A program made the position numbers and the translations under genes. Below the pieces are notes generated by a model. The model had not been told where the DNA came from, did not search any database, and saw nothing but the letters and a program-made list of their open reading frames with translations. A DNA stretch of 7,013 nt from Candidatus Hermodarchaeota archaeon (GTDB taxonomy: Archaea > Asgardarchaeota > Heimdallarchaeia > Hodarchaeales > Hodarchaeaceae), in contig JBHLKY010000057.1 of assembly GCA_048886185.1 (NCBI GenBank), forward strand, positions 1-7,013. The letters are read 5' to 3'. This document shows, one piece after another, positions 1-6,542 of this stretch (positions within the stretch are counted from its first letter, which is position 1; each line of letters opens with the position of its first letter).

Positions 1-296
1 ATTATTTCTCCAGTTTTTTGACTAAATAATAAATTAAGACCATTAATGGAAGGTAATCCAATTTTTGGATTATCATAAAATCCTTGAGCAATTTTAATGA
101 CATAGTAATCCCCACCCTTAATGTAACCATATTTTATATGACAATCTCCAGGTGGATCTTTGAAGATCATCTCTCCCACAGGAGGGACAACAACTTTCCC
201 TTGTGAATAGGCAATAAATCCCTCCTCGATTAGTTTAAGCGGATCTATTTCCCTTAAGACTTGTTTTATTTGGTTTAATTTCACAATTTCAGGCAT
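1..296 (-). CDS. Ornithine cyclodeaminase / mu-crystallin (ketimine reductase / archaeal alanine dehydrogenase) family protein, N-terminal 98 aa; truncated by the window edge
   Basis: Not in the ORF track; hand-translated from ATG at 296-294: MPEIVKLNQIKQVLREIDPLKLIEEGFIAYSQGKVVVPPVGEMIFKDPPGDCHIKYGYIKGGDYYVIKIAQGFYDNPKIGLPSINGLNLLFSQKTGEI, open to position 1. The pattern 'EEGF.AYSQG.V.VPP', 'H.KYG', 'VIK...GF.DNP..GLPS..G...LF...TG' matches the OCD/mu-crystallin N-terminal domain as I recall it. GAGGAG lies at 314-309 upstream. Confidence 0.88.
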   Translation of the reverse strand, partial: MPEIVKLNQIKQVLREIDPLKLIEEGFIAYSQGKVVVPPVGEMIFKDPPGDCHIKYGYIKGGDYYVIKIAQGFYDNPKIGLPSINGLNLLFSQKTGEI

Positions 297-308
297 TCTT
301 AAACATTT

Positions 309-314
309 CTCCTC
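309..314 (-). promoter_or_regulatory. Shine-Dalgarno-like GAGGAG in the 25-nt gap between the SelA-like stop and the OCD-like start
   Basis: Minus strand reads TAG-GGAAATT-GAGGAG-AAATGTTTAAGA-ATG. The 12-nt spacing to ATG 296 is longer than typical. Confidence 0.5.
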
Positions 315-321
315 AATTTCC

Positions 322-1791
322 CTAATCAACCAAACCTGCGTATTTACATGTTATCTCCACTGACCTGACAAGGGCTTTCGCTGCAATGGTTGCATTCTCT
401 TTGATCAAATCCCCTTCCTCATTAAGAGTCCCAAGTCCAGGAGTTAAAAACATATTACCACTGTAAATTGTAGCTCCAAGACCTAGTCCCATCTCATCCA
501 AAGCGATAATGATGGAATTAGTATTCGCAAACATATCTTCCATATTAAAAATTGGAATTCCAAATTCATTGTCTTCCCAAGTTTGCTCATAATTCAGTTC
601 GGTTCCTCCCATGGTATAACTTTTTGTTATAATCAAATTCTCCTGAAATTTGCTTGGCTCCAAAGATTTGAAGGTTTCAACAATAATTTTATGATAATCA
701 TCTATTGGTCTCGTTATTTTTTTAGGGTTGTCACGGAGTATTTTTAAAACTGCAATCAACCCTACAACAGCATCTCTTCCTGGATCCATCATAGAATAAC
801 GAGCTTTTCCATGAGAAGATACCTCACCATATCTTTGACCTCCTAATCCTAATCCTTTTCGAAGAGGTACCATTACCTCCTCTTTCCCAACGATAAGGCC
901 ACAAATTGGTGCTCTTGTAGCTTTATCCATACTCCACATCATTATGTCCCCATTAACATCATTTGGGCTAAGACCAATAACAGGAACACCTCCACCGCCA
1001 TCGAGAACATAGGGTAAGTCAAATTCTTCAGCAAGCTTCCCAAATCCTTTTTTAAGAATGGGAATACCATTTTCATCTTTTTCACCGTACCCATAACCCG
1101 GAGTGTCATATCCAAGAGTAGCAAAACCCGTTAAAAGTTCAATATGCTTTTCTGCGACCATTTTGATTTTTTTTAATGACTTCTCTGCATTTGTTCTTGT
1201 CATTAATGGAACAAGATTGGATTTTACGCCATGAACTTCATATTTTGTTCCTACAAGTTTTACAAGAAGTGAATCAAGATTTGGTAGGCATTTTGATTCA
1301 ACAGCAAGCTCACCGCTAGTAACGGACCTATCAACGAAAATATTTTTGTAACGTGGTGGAAATGGTCTTCCATAACCAGCAATATACTCAGAGTCCTCAC
1401 CATATGGAACGATAAATCTCCCTCTATAAGGAGTACCCACCCTTAATATTGGTGGAGCCATTAGCGTTTCAAATGTTGCTCTTATAGCTGATTCGCATGT
1501 ATTTGTTGCAGCAGAATCGTAATCATCTCCATAGATGTCTTTAACAACATTTCTTAACTCATCCTCGATCTTCCTCATTGGAATAACGTGTTTGTTGGCA
1601 ACGATTATTTCTTGGAGAACATAGTTTGGTAAAGGGCCTGGACATGAGGAACTCCCTGGATATAGCCCAAAAGAATCACGCTCGATCCTATTAAGGCCTA
1701 GTTCGTTCGTGATTCTGGAAGCTTCTTCTCTAATCTTAGGAATATTCTCATAAATAGATTGGTACCATTGAAATTTATGTTTGGTTTTCAT
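322..1791 (-). CDS. SelA-like fold-type I PLP-dependent enzyme (SelA/DgaE/MJ0158-related), substrate unknown, 489 aa
   Basis: W-S-M-D-K290-A-T-R-A-P-I-C-G-L-I-V-G-K aligns with the SelA Schiff-base motif (FSGDKLLGGPQAGIIVGK). VLD264GGGG matches the PLP pyridine-binding Asp (SelA EDLGSG). 'IYGDDYDSAATNTCESAI' matches the PLP phosphate-binding helix region. AGGAG lies 8 nt upstream of the ATG; stop is TAG at 324-322. Confidence 0.75.
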   Translation of the reverse strand: MKTKHKFQWYQSIYENIPKIREEASRITNELGLNRIERDSFGLYPGSSSCPGPLPNYVLQEIIVANKHVIPMRKIEDELRNVVKDIYGDDYDSAATNTCESAIRATFETLMAPPILRVGTPYRGRFIVPYGEDSEYIAGYGRPFPPRYKNIFVDRSVTSGELAVESKCLPNLDSLLVKLVGTKYEVHGVKSNLVPLMTRTNAEKSLKKIKMVAEKHIELLTGFATLGYDTPGYGYGEKDENGIPILKKGFGKLAEEFDLPYVLDGGGGVPVIGLSPNDVNGDIMMWSMDKATRAPICGLIVGKEEVMVPLRKGLGLGGQRYGEVSSHGKARYSMMDPGRDAVVGLIAVLKILRDNPKKITRPIDDYHKIIVETFKSLEPSKFQENLIITKSYTMGGTELNYEQTWEDNEFGIPIFNMEDMFANTNSIIIALDEMGLGLGATIYSGNMFLTPGLGTLNEEGDLIKENATIAAKALVRSVEITCKYAGLVD

Positions 1792-1799
1792 AGACTTAG

Positions 1800-1804
1800 C
1801 TCCT
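1800..1804 (-). promoter_or_regulatory. Shine-Dalgarno AGGAG for the SelA-like gene
   Basis: Minus strand reads AGGAG-CTAAGTCT-ATG (8-nt spacer). Confidence 0.65.
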
Positions 1805-1835
1805 GCTTCTAATTTCGTACAATATGATCTTAAGA

Positions 1836-1842
1836 TTTAAAT
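1836..1842 (-). promoter_or_regulatory. Candidate archaeal TATA box (TTTAAAT) for the SelA-like/OCD-like transcript
   Basis: Lies about 45 nt upstream of the ATG, which would give a leader of roughly 20 nt containing the SD. AT-rich background makes chance matches common. Confidence 0.35.
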
Positions 1843-1968
1843 CTATTTTAGAAAGATCCTTAATTTTGAATTTTTTATTGTTTAAGAATGAAAACTTTTT
1901 ACCATTCCTGTTGTTTTTAATTCATTTTTCTCTGAAATATTGCTAGATCTAGGAATAAAAATGTCAAT

Positions 1969-2010
1969 TGCTTCAAACTAAGAAAATAAAGGAAAAAGTT
2001 TAGAAGAAAT
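1969..2010 (-). terminator. Candidate archaeal oligo-U/pyrimidine-rich intrinsic terminator downstream of fadD
   Basis: Starting about 18 nt after the TAA, the minus strand reads ATTTCTTCTAAACTTTTTCCTTTATTTTCTTAGTTT, a U-rich tract without a strong hairpin, as known for archaeal terminators. Confidence 0.45.
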
Positions 2011-2027
2011 ATCGAATTATCGAATAC

Positions 2028-3800
2028 TTAAGCTGCTCTTTTTGTCTCTTCCTCTACTTTTAAGGCACGTCGAAGTACTTTCCCCACTTGAGTCATTGGT
2101 AGTTCCGTTCTGAATTCAATAGATTCTTCGTCATGAGGTTGCTTATATTTAACTAAATTTTCCCTACAATACTTTAAAACTTCAGCTTTAGTAAGTTCTT
2201 CATTTGCTTTAGGGACAATAAAAACCTTAACAGTTTCTCCGAGTTTAGGATGTGGTACACCAATACATGCAGCATTAGATATTTTCGGATGGGAAATAAG
2301 AAAGTCTTCTATTTCTCTGGGATACGCCTTGAAACCACCTACAGCAATCATATCTTTCTTCCGATCTGTGACATAAAAATAGAAGTCTTCATCGTATTTT
2401 CCAATATCCCCAGTTAAAAAGTATTTTTTTCCGTCAATTTCCCGCATAACTTCTTTAGTTTCTTCTGGTTTTCCGTAATATCCAAGCATCACTTGAGGAC
2501 CATGTATTGCGATTTCTCCTTCCTCATTGGGACCTAATTTTTTTATTCCAGTCTCAACATCCACAATTATGCAATCAGTGTCGGGATAAGGAATCCCAAT
2601 TGAACCCTCTTTTTTCAGTGGTTTCTCATAACCAGGTGCTGCTGCCATCGGGTTAGAATGAGATACTGGAGATGTTTCTGTTAATCCATATCCTTCTGAC
2701 AAATTAGCTCCCGTAATCTGTTCATATTCCTTCAATACAGCCAAAGGAAGTGGAGCTGCACCACTTGAACTAACAAGTAAAGAACTTAAATCATAATCTT
2801 TGAGGTTTGGATGATTTAATAATGCAATATAGAGCGCAGGAACAGTATTGAAAATTTGTACTTTGTATTTATCAAGGAGATATAAAATTTGAGTGAAATT
2901 ATTCTCCCTTGGATCCAGCATCAAAATCCCCATTACACCATACATCACACCCAAGTTCATTGCTGTTGTTGCTCCATAGCTATGATAAAAAGGCAAAGAA
3001 CCGATACCCACGGTTGTTCCTCTTTCAGGAGCAGGCTGCATCCAAACTGAACATTGTTTAGTATTAGCAACAAGATTTTTATGGGTCAACATGGCTCCTT
3101 TAGGAGTTCCTGTGGTACCTCCTGTGAACATTATCACAGCTACATCTTCTGGACTAATATCGACTTTGGGTCTCTGATTTGCATCATATTTCTCATAGAT
3201 CTCGTGCATATAGAAATCACGAGGATCTTTCTTACTTATTTTCCCTGCTAAACTCCCAAGAAATCCTTTGATCCTTGATAAGTATTGTTTTACGGAAGCC
3301 ACGACAATAAATTCTAATGATGTAGATCCTTGGTCACGTACTATTTTACATGTTTCATATGGTTTTGTTGGCGGGGACCCAGGACTAATCATATCTGCAC
3401 AGACAATCCCTTTTGTATCACTTTGTTGCAATAATCCTACTAGCTCATTCACAGGATATTGAAAATTTAAAGAAACGACTATGGCACCAGCCTTTAAAAT
3501 ACCATAATAAGCAATAACAAATTCTATCATATTAGGTAAAAATACTGCAATCTTATCCCCTGGCATCACTCCTTGATCTACAAGGAATGCTGAAAACTTA
3601 TCCGTTAGCTCACCAACTTCCCGATAAGTTACCTTTGCGATCTTATCAAAACTCGTAGTCTCAAGCACTAAAGCAATATTATCAGGAAAATCCTCAACTG
3701 ATCTATCTAAATTCTCAAAAAGCGGAATCTCTGGATAATCTATGGTTTTTGGAACCGCTTCAGGCCATAAAGGAATATCATTTGGGTGTACCAATCTCAT
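2028..3800 (-). CDS. fadD: Long-chain-fatty-acid--CoA ligase (FadD/LcfA-type AMP-forming acyl-CoA synthetase), 590 aa
   Basis: Complete ANL-superfamily motif set: P-loop MFTGGTTGTPKG, EGYGLTETSP, GPQVMLGYY, TGDIG, DRKKDMI..GGFKAYPREIE, GVPHPKLGE, and C-terminal catalytic Lys in TQVGKVLRR. N-terminal 'DYPEIPL' and 'ASVKQYL' segments resemble long-chain FadD/LcfA. Chain-length preference is inferred, not shown. Confidence 0.9.
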   Translation of the reverse strand: MRLVHPNDIPLWPEAVPKTIDYPEIPLFENLDRSVEDFPDNIALVLETTSFDKIAKVTYREVGELTDKFSAFLVDQGVMPGDKIAVFLPNMIEFVIAYYGILKAGAIVVSLNFQYPVNELVGLLQQSDTKGIVCADMISPGSPPTKPYETCKIVRDQGSTSLEFIVVASVKQYLSRIKGFLGSLAGKISKKDPRDFYMHEIYEKYDANQRPKVDISPEDVAVIMFTGGTTGTPKGAMLTHKNLVANTKQCSVWMQPAPERGTTVGIGSLPFYHSYGATTAMNLGVMYGVMGILMLDPRENNFTQILYLLDKYKVQIFNTVPALYIALLNHPNLKDYDLSSLLVSSSGAAPLPLAVLKEYEQITGANLSEGYGLTETSPVSHSNPMAAAPGYEKPLKKEGSIGIPYPDTDCIIVDVETGIKKLGPNEEGEIAIHGPQVMLGYYGKPEETKEVMREIDGKKYFLTGDIGKYDEDFYFYVTDRKKDMIAVGGFKAYPREIEDFLISHPKISNAACIGVPHPKLGETVKVFIVPKANEELTKAEVLKYCRENLVKYKQPHDEESIEFRTELPMTQVGKVLRRALKVEEETKRAA

Positions 3801-3822
3801 TCACTTATGAATCAAATTTTTC

Positions 3823-3830
3823 AATTAAAG
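3823..3830 (-). promoter_or_regulatory. Candidate TATA element (CTTTAATT) placing the fadD transcription start near its ATG (leaderless)
   Basis: Lies 22 nt upstream of ATG 3800, with no well-spaced SD (only AAGTGA abutting the ATG). Confidence 0.3.
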
Positions 3831-3913
3831 ACGCTCTTATCCTAATTTTACTAATAAATGTTCCCTGTGATTGAACTATGTTTCCTAGGTTAAATGAATA
3901 AGATTGATGACAC

Positions 3914-5341
3914 TTAAAGAAAACCTTCTTGATAATAAGAGACCATTCTTGACCCAGCTTTAAACCAATCCTTAGTAGCTTCATCGAAAATATTTTTAGC
4001 CCTATTATTTGCCTCTTGAATTAATGAAAATTCATCAATATTCAATAATTGACTATTTTTGATAACTAGTTTTCCATTAATAATCACATTATCAATCTCT
4101 GTTCCTGTAGTAGAGTAAACGAGATTAGGTACAAAGGTTTTGAAAGGTTTGACAACCACAGGCGTCATGTTCATCCTTTTTAGATCAATTGTAATTATAT
4201 CAGCATGTTTTCCTACTTCTAGACTTCCAATTTTCTTTTCAAGTCCTAATATTTCTGCCCCACCTAAGGTTGCCAAGCGTAAAGCGTGCCAAGGAGGCAA
4301 AGCAGTTGGATCTTTATGAAGAATCTTAGTTAAAACACTAGCCATCCTCATTTCTTGGAACATGTTATAATGGCCTGGCCCAGGTCCTTGATCTGTTCCT
4401 ATAGCAGCTTTTCCTCCAAGTTCTACATAACTACCAAGGGGTGGGACGCTACCGTCTATTATTGCTATGGATGAAGGACAACCAACCATCTTAACTCCGC
4501 TTCGTACCATTAATAATCTCTCTTGGACAGTTGTGTCATGAATATGAGCAGCGATGAGTTTATCATCAAGTATACCGTTATTTTGAAGAACACTTATAGT
4601 TGTGGAATCCTTACCATATCGGCTATTGATTTGAAGTCGTTCTCGTTCTCCTTGTGCCACATGCATGTGTACATTACAATTACGGTCTATTGCTTGCTGT
4701 TTGACTTCTTTAAGAAGGTCTAGAGAACAAAAGTCTAAAGCTTGAGGCCCATACATGGAGGTTACAAGCTCCTCGTCTCGAAATAAACGAAAAACATCAT
4801 TAGCTCTTATTAAAGCTTTTTCTCCCTTTGATTGATCAAATTCATAAAGATCTGTTGGTTTTAAGTGGGATCTATTTGAACTAACATCATTTATAGTTTC
4901 TATTGCAACCACACGAACCTTTAAAGGTAGATAAACTTCTTGTACTATACCTGAGACAAAACTAGCAAACTCTGCAAATGTAGTGGTTCCTGATTTTAAT
5001 CCCTCTATAACAGCAATTTTCGAGCCTAAAATTAAATCTTCCTTAGATAAGTACTTAGTTAATGGGCCAACTCCTTTATTCATCCACTCAATTTCAGGAA
5101 GGTCTTGAGCACCTCCCCTTAAGAGGGTTAATCCTGTATGGGTATGTGCGTTTATTAATCCGGGCATTGTAATATGATCAGCGCCATTAATGACTTGATC
5201 AGCTTCCTTGTACTTTAAATCGGTACTTTTTCCAATAAAAGCTATTTTGCCATTTTCTATTCCTATCGCTCCATTTTGTATAAAGCCTAAGCCTTTCCCC
5301 TGGAGAGTCATCAACCACGTATTGATTATTGTAATATCCAA
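3914..5341 (-). CDS. Metal-dependent amidohydrolase, MtaD/AtzA/SsnA-like (subtype III) fold, non-canonical substrate motifs, 475 aa
   Basis: MPGLINAH66TH68, SGTTT, H227 (strand 5), H266 (strand 6), GTD317 (strand 8), ATLGGA, GSLEVGKHAD, V..V.ING. The start codon is TTG (5341-5339), preceded by GAGGT with a 6-nt spacer. Confidence 0.9.
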   Translation of the reverse strand: MDITIINTWLMTLQGKGLGFIQNGAIGIENGKIAFIGKSTDLKYKEADQVINGADHITMPGLINAHTHTGLTLLRGGAQDLPEIEWMNKGVGPLTKYLSKEDLILGSKIAVIEGLKSGTTTFAEFASFVSGIVQEVYLPLKVRVVAIETINDVSSNRSHLKPTDLYEFDQSKGEKALIRANDVFRLFRDEELVTSMYGPQALDFCSLDLLKEVKQQAIDRNCNVHMHVAQGERERLQINSRYGKDSTTISVLQNNGILDDKLIAAHIHDTTVQERLLMVRSGVKMVGCPSSIAIIDGSVPPLGSYVELGGKAAIGTDQGPGPGHYNMFQEMRMASVLTKILHKDPTALPPWHALRLATLGGAEILGLEKKIGSLEVGKHADIITIDLKRMNMTPVVVKPFKTFVPNLVYSTTGTEIDNVIINGKLVIKNSQLLNIDEFSLIQEANNRAKNIFDEATKDWFKAGSRMVSYYQEGFL

Positions 5342-5347
5342 AATAAA

Positions 5348-5352
5348 ACCTC
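5348..5352 (-). promoter_or_regulatory. Shine-Dalgarno GAGGT supporting the TTG start of the amidohydrolase
   Basis: Minus strand reads TCT-GAGGT-TTTATT-TTG-GAT-ATT. A TTTAAAA TATA-like element is also present at 5397-5391. Confidence 0.6.
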
Positions 5353-5480
5353 AGATAAAAATAAATGCAATAGTATTTGTATTTTGCTGGTTTTAAAGAG
5401 CATTATATTATTAGTTGAATCTATTTACTTAATTGATCCTATAATCCTGCTTTTGTATCAAATTATAACTAAATCACTTA

Positions 5481-6542
5481 TTATCTCAATCCTAAACTCC
5501 AGCAATGAGTGGCTAATGCCATACAGGTTGCCATTCTGTCGAATGTTTTTTCATCATTCATATCGCCACGTTTTTGTAGGAATAACCCCTCCAGTAGGAC
5601 ATTCAAACCAAGATGGAAGGTCAGAGCAACCTCATATGCCTTATATATTTCATATAATGATAGACCAGCGATTGAAAGACACCTTTCATATCCTTCAATG
5701 AATGACTGAATTTCTGTAAGTAATGCTCTTAAATTCCCCTCTTTGTAATAATAATCAATTGCAGAATGAAGAAAAAAAGTCCCTACATCTTCCATCCTAT
5801 CAGCGGATTGTTCTTCTTCAACATATTCAGGATCAATTAACCATGTTTGAATTCTTTCGTTGCCATCATCATCAGTTTCCTCCGAGAATAAAACATTTCC
5901 AGGATGGAAATCCCCAAAACCTGCTGTTCCACTTGAGGAACCAAGTATTTTCGCGAAAGAATTACTAGCAAGGTCAATTAGCTTTCTCTTTCGTTCTTCT
6001 GGTAGGATTAATTCTTGAAATACCTTTTTCAGTATGAAAACATATCGTTCTTTGTCTAATGGTCTTAATTTGGTCGAATGGAATTTAGAAAGAGCTTCTC
6101 CTGTAAGCTGTAACTTTACTTTGTCATTAATTGTTGAATCATAAAAAGTTTCTCCTTGAATGCCTTCGTATATCAATATTGATTCATAATCAAATATAAC
6201 ACGGGGAGTAAGAACGCCAGTATCCTTTAATTTCGTTGCTAGACGATTGGTCAGCATTTTATTTCTCAATGCCTCGTCAGGGGAATCAAAGCTTTTTATG
6301 GCAATTTTTAAGGTTAAACTCCCCTGTTCCGAGTTAAATGTAGCAGTGACTAGTTGTAGACCTTTTGATCCCACTTTATGAATAGTGGAGATGTCATTTA
6401 AAACAATAAACCTAGATTTTTGCCCAAATTTAGTTACTTGAAGTTCATCAAAATATTCTTTTAAATTCTCCACAATTACAGCTAATAGGTGTTTTATCCG
6501 CTGTTTTTTTCTTACTTGTTCAGCTGCCGAAGTGTTATTCAT
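5481..6542 (-). CDS. Protein-kinase-like fold phosphotransferase (aminoglycoside phosphotransferase / choline kinase family), 353 aa
   Basis: IAIK83 (ATP-binding Lys), E90 (helix C Glu candidate), 'TPRVI', 'YEGIQG' hinge region, 'LSKFH', Brenner-type loop GD211FHPGN216, LID237PE (DFG/DWE equivalent) and ED252VG (helix F Asp). An in-frame TAA lies 9 codons upstream of the ATG, so the ORF cannot extend much further. Confidence 0.82.
   Translation of the reverse strand: MNNTSAAEQVRKKQRIKHLLAVIVENLKEYFDELQVTKFGQKSRFIVLNDISTIHKVGSKGLQLVTATFNSEQGSLTLKIAIKSFDSPDEALRNKMLTNRLATKLKDTGVLTPRVIFDYESILIYEGIQGETFYDSTINDKVKLQLTGEALSKFHSTKLRPLDKERYVFILKKVFQELILPEERKRKLIDLASNSFAKILGSSSGTAGFGDFHPGNVLFSEETDDDGNERIQTWLIDPEYVEEEQSADRMEDVGTFFLHSAIDYYYKEGNLRALLTEIQSFIEGYERCLSIAGLSLYEIYKAYEVALTFHLGLNVLLEGLFLQKRGDMNDEKTFDRMATCMALATHCWSLGLR

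Noticed and set aside
942-1124. 60-aa ORF on the minus strand
   Set aside because: Alternate frame fully inside the SelA-like gene, with no recognisable motif.
322-1791. True selenocysteine synthase or a selenoprotein locus
   Set aside because: The SelA N-terminal motif is missing, no selB, selD or tRNA-Sec is in the window, none of the ORFs appears interrupted by an in-frame TGA, and I could not recognise a SECIS-like hairpin in the spacers.
2011-2025. Short direct repeat ATCGAAT-T-ATCGAAT after the fadD stop
   Set aside because: Only two 7-nt units, which is expected by chance. No CRISPR-like or IS-like repeat structure was seen anywhere in the window.
3054-3462. Plus-strand ORFs 3054-3251 and 3268-3462
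   Set aside because: Antisense shadows of the well-supported fadD, with no motifs.
2028-3800. NRPS/PKS-type biosynthetic cluster built around the adenylating enzyme
   Set aside because: The motifs fit a stand-alone CoA ligase, and no carrier protein, condensation or thioesterase domain is present in the window.
3905-3910. TGATGA (C-box-like) just beyond the amidohydrolase stop, plus strand
   Set aside because: No matching D box at an appropriate distance, and it would run antisense into the CDS.
4523-5396. Plus-strand ORFs 4523-4723 and 5208-5396
   Set aside because: Antisense to the amidohydrolase, with no family signature.
5384-5968. Plus-strand ORFs 5384-5701, 5509-5709 and 5723-5968
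   Set aside because: Largely antisense to the kinase gene, mutually overlapping, and without recognisable domains.
5481-6542. Aminoglycoside resistance gene
   Set aside because: It shares only the APH fold motifs. That fold covers many metabolic kinases, and there is no mobile or resistance context.
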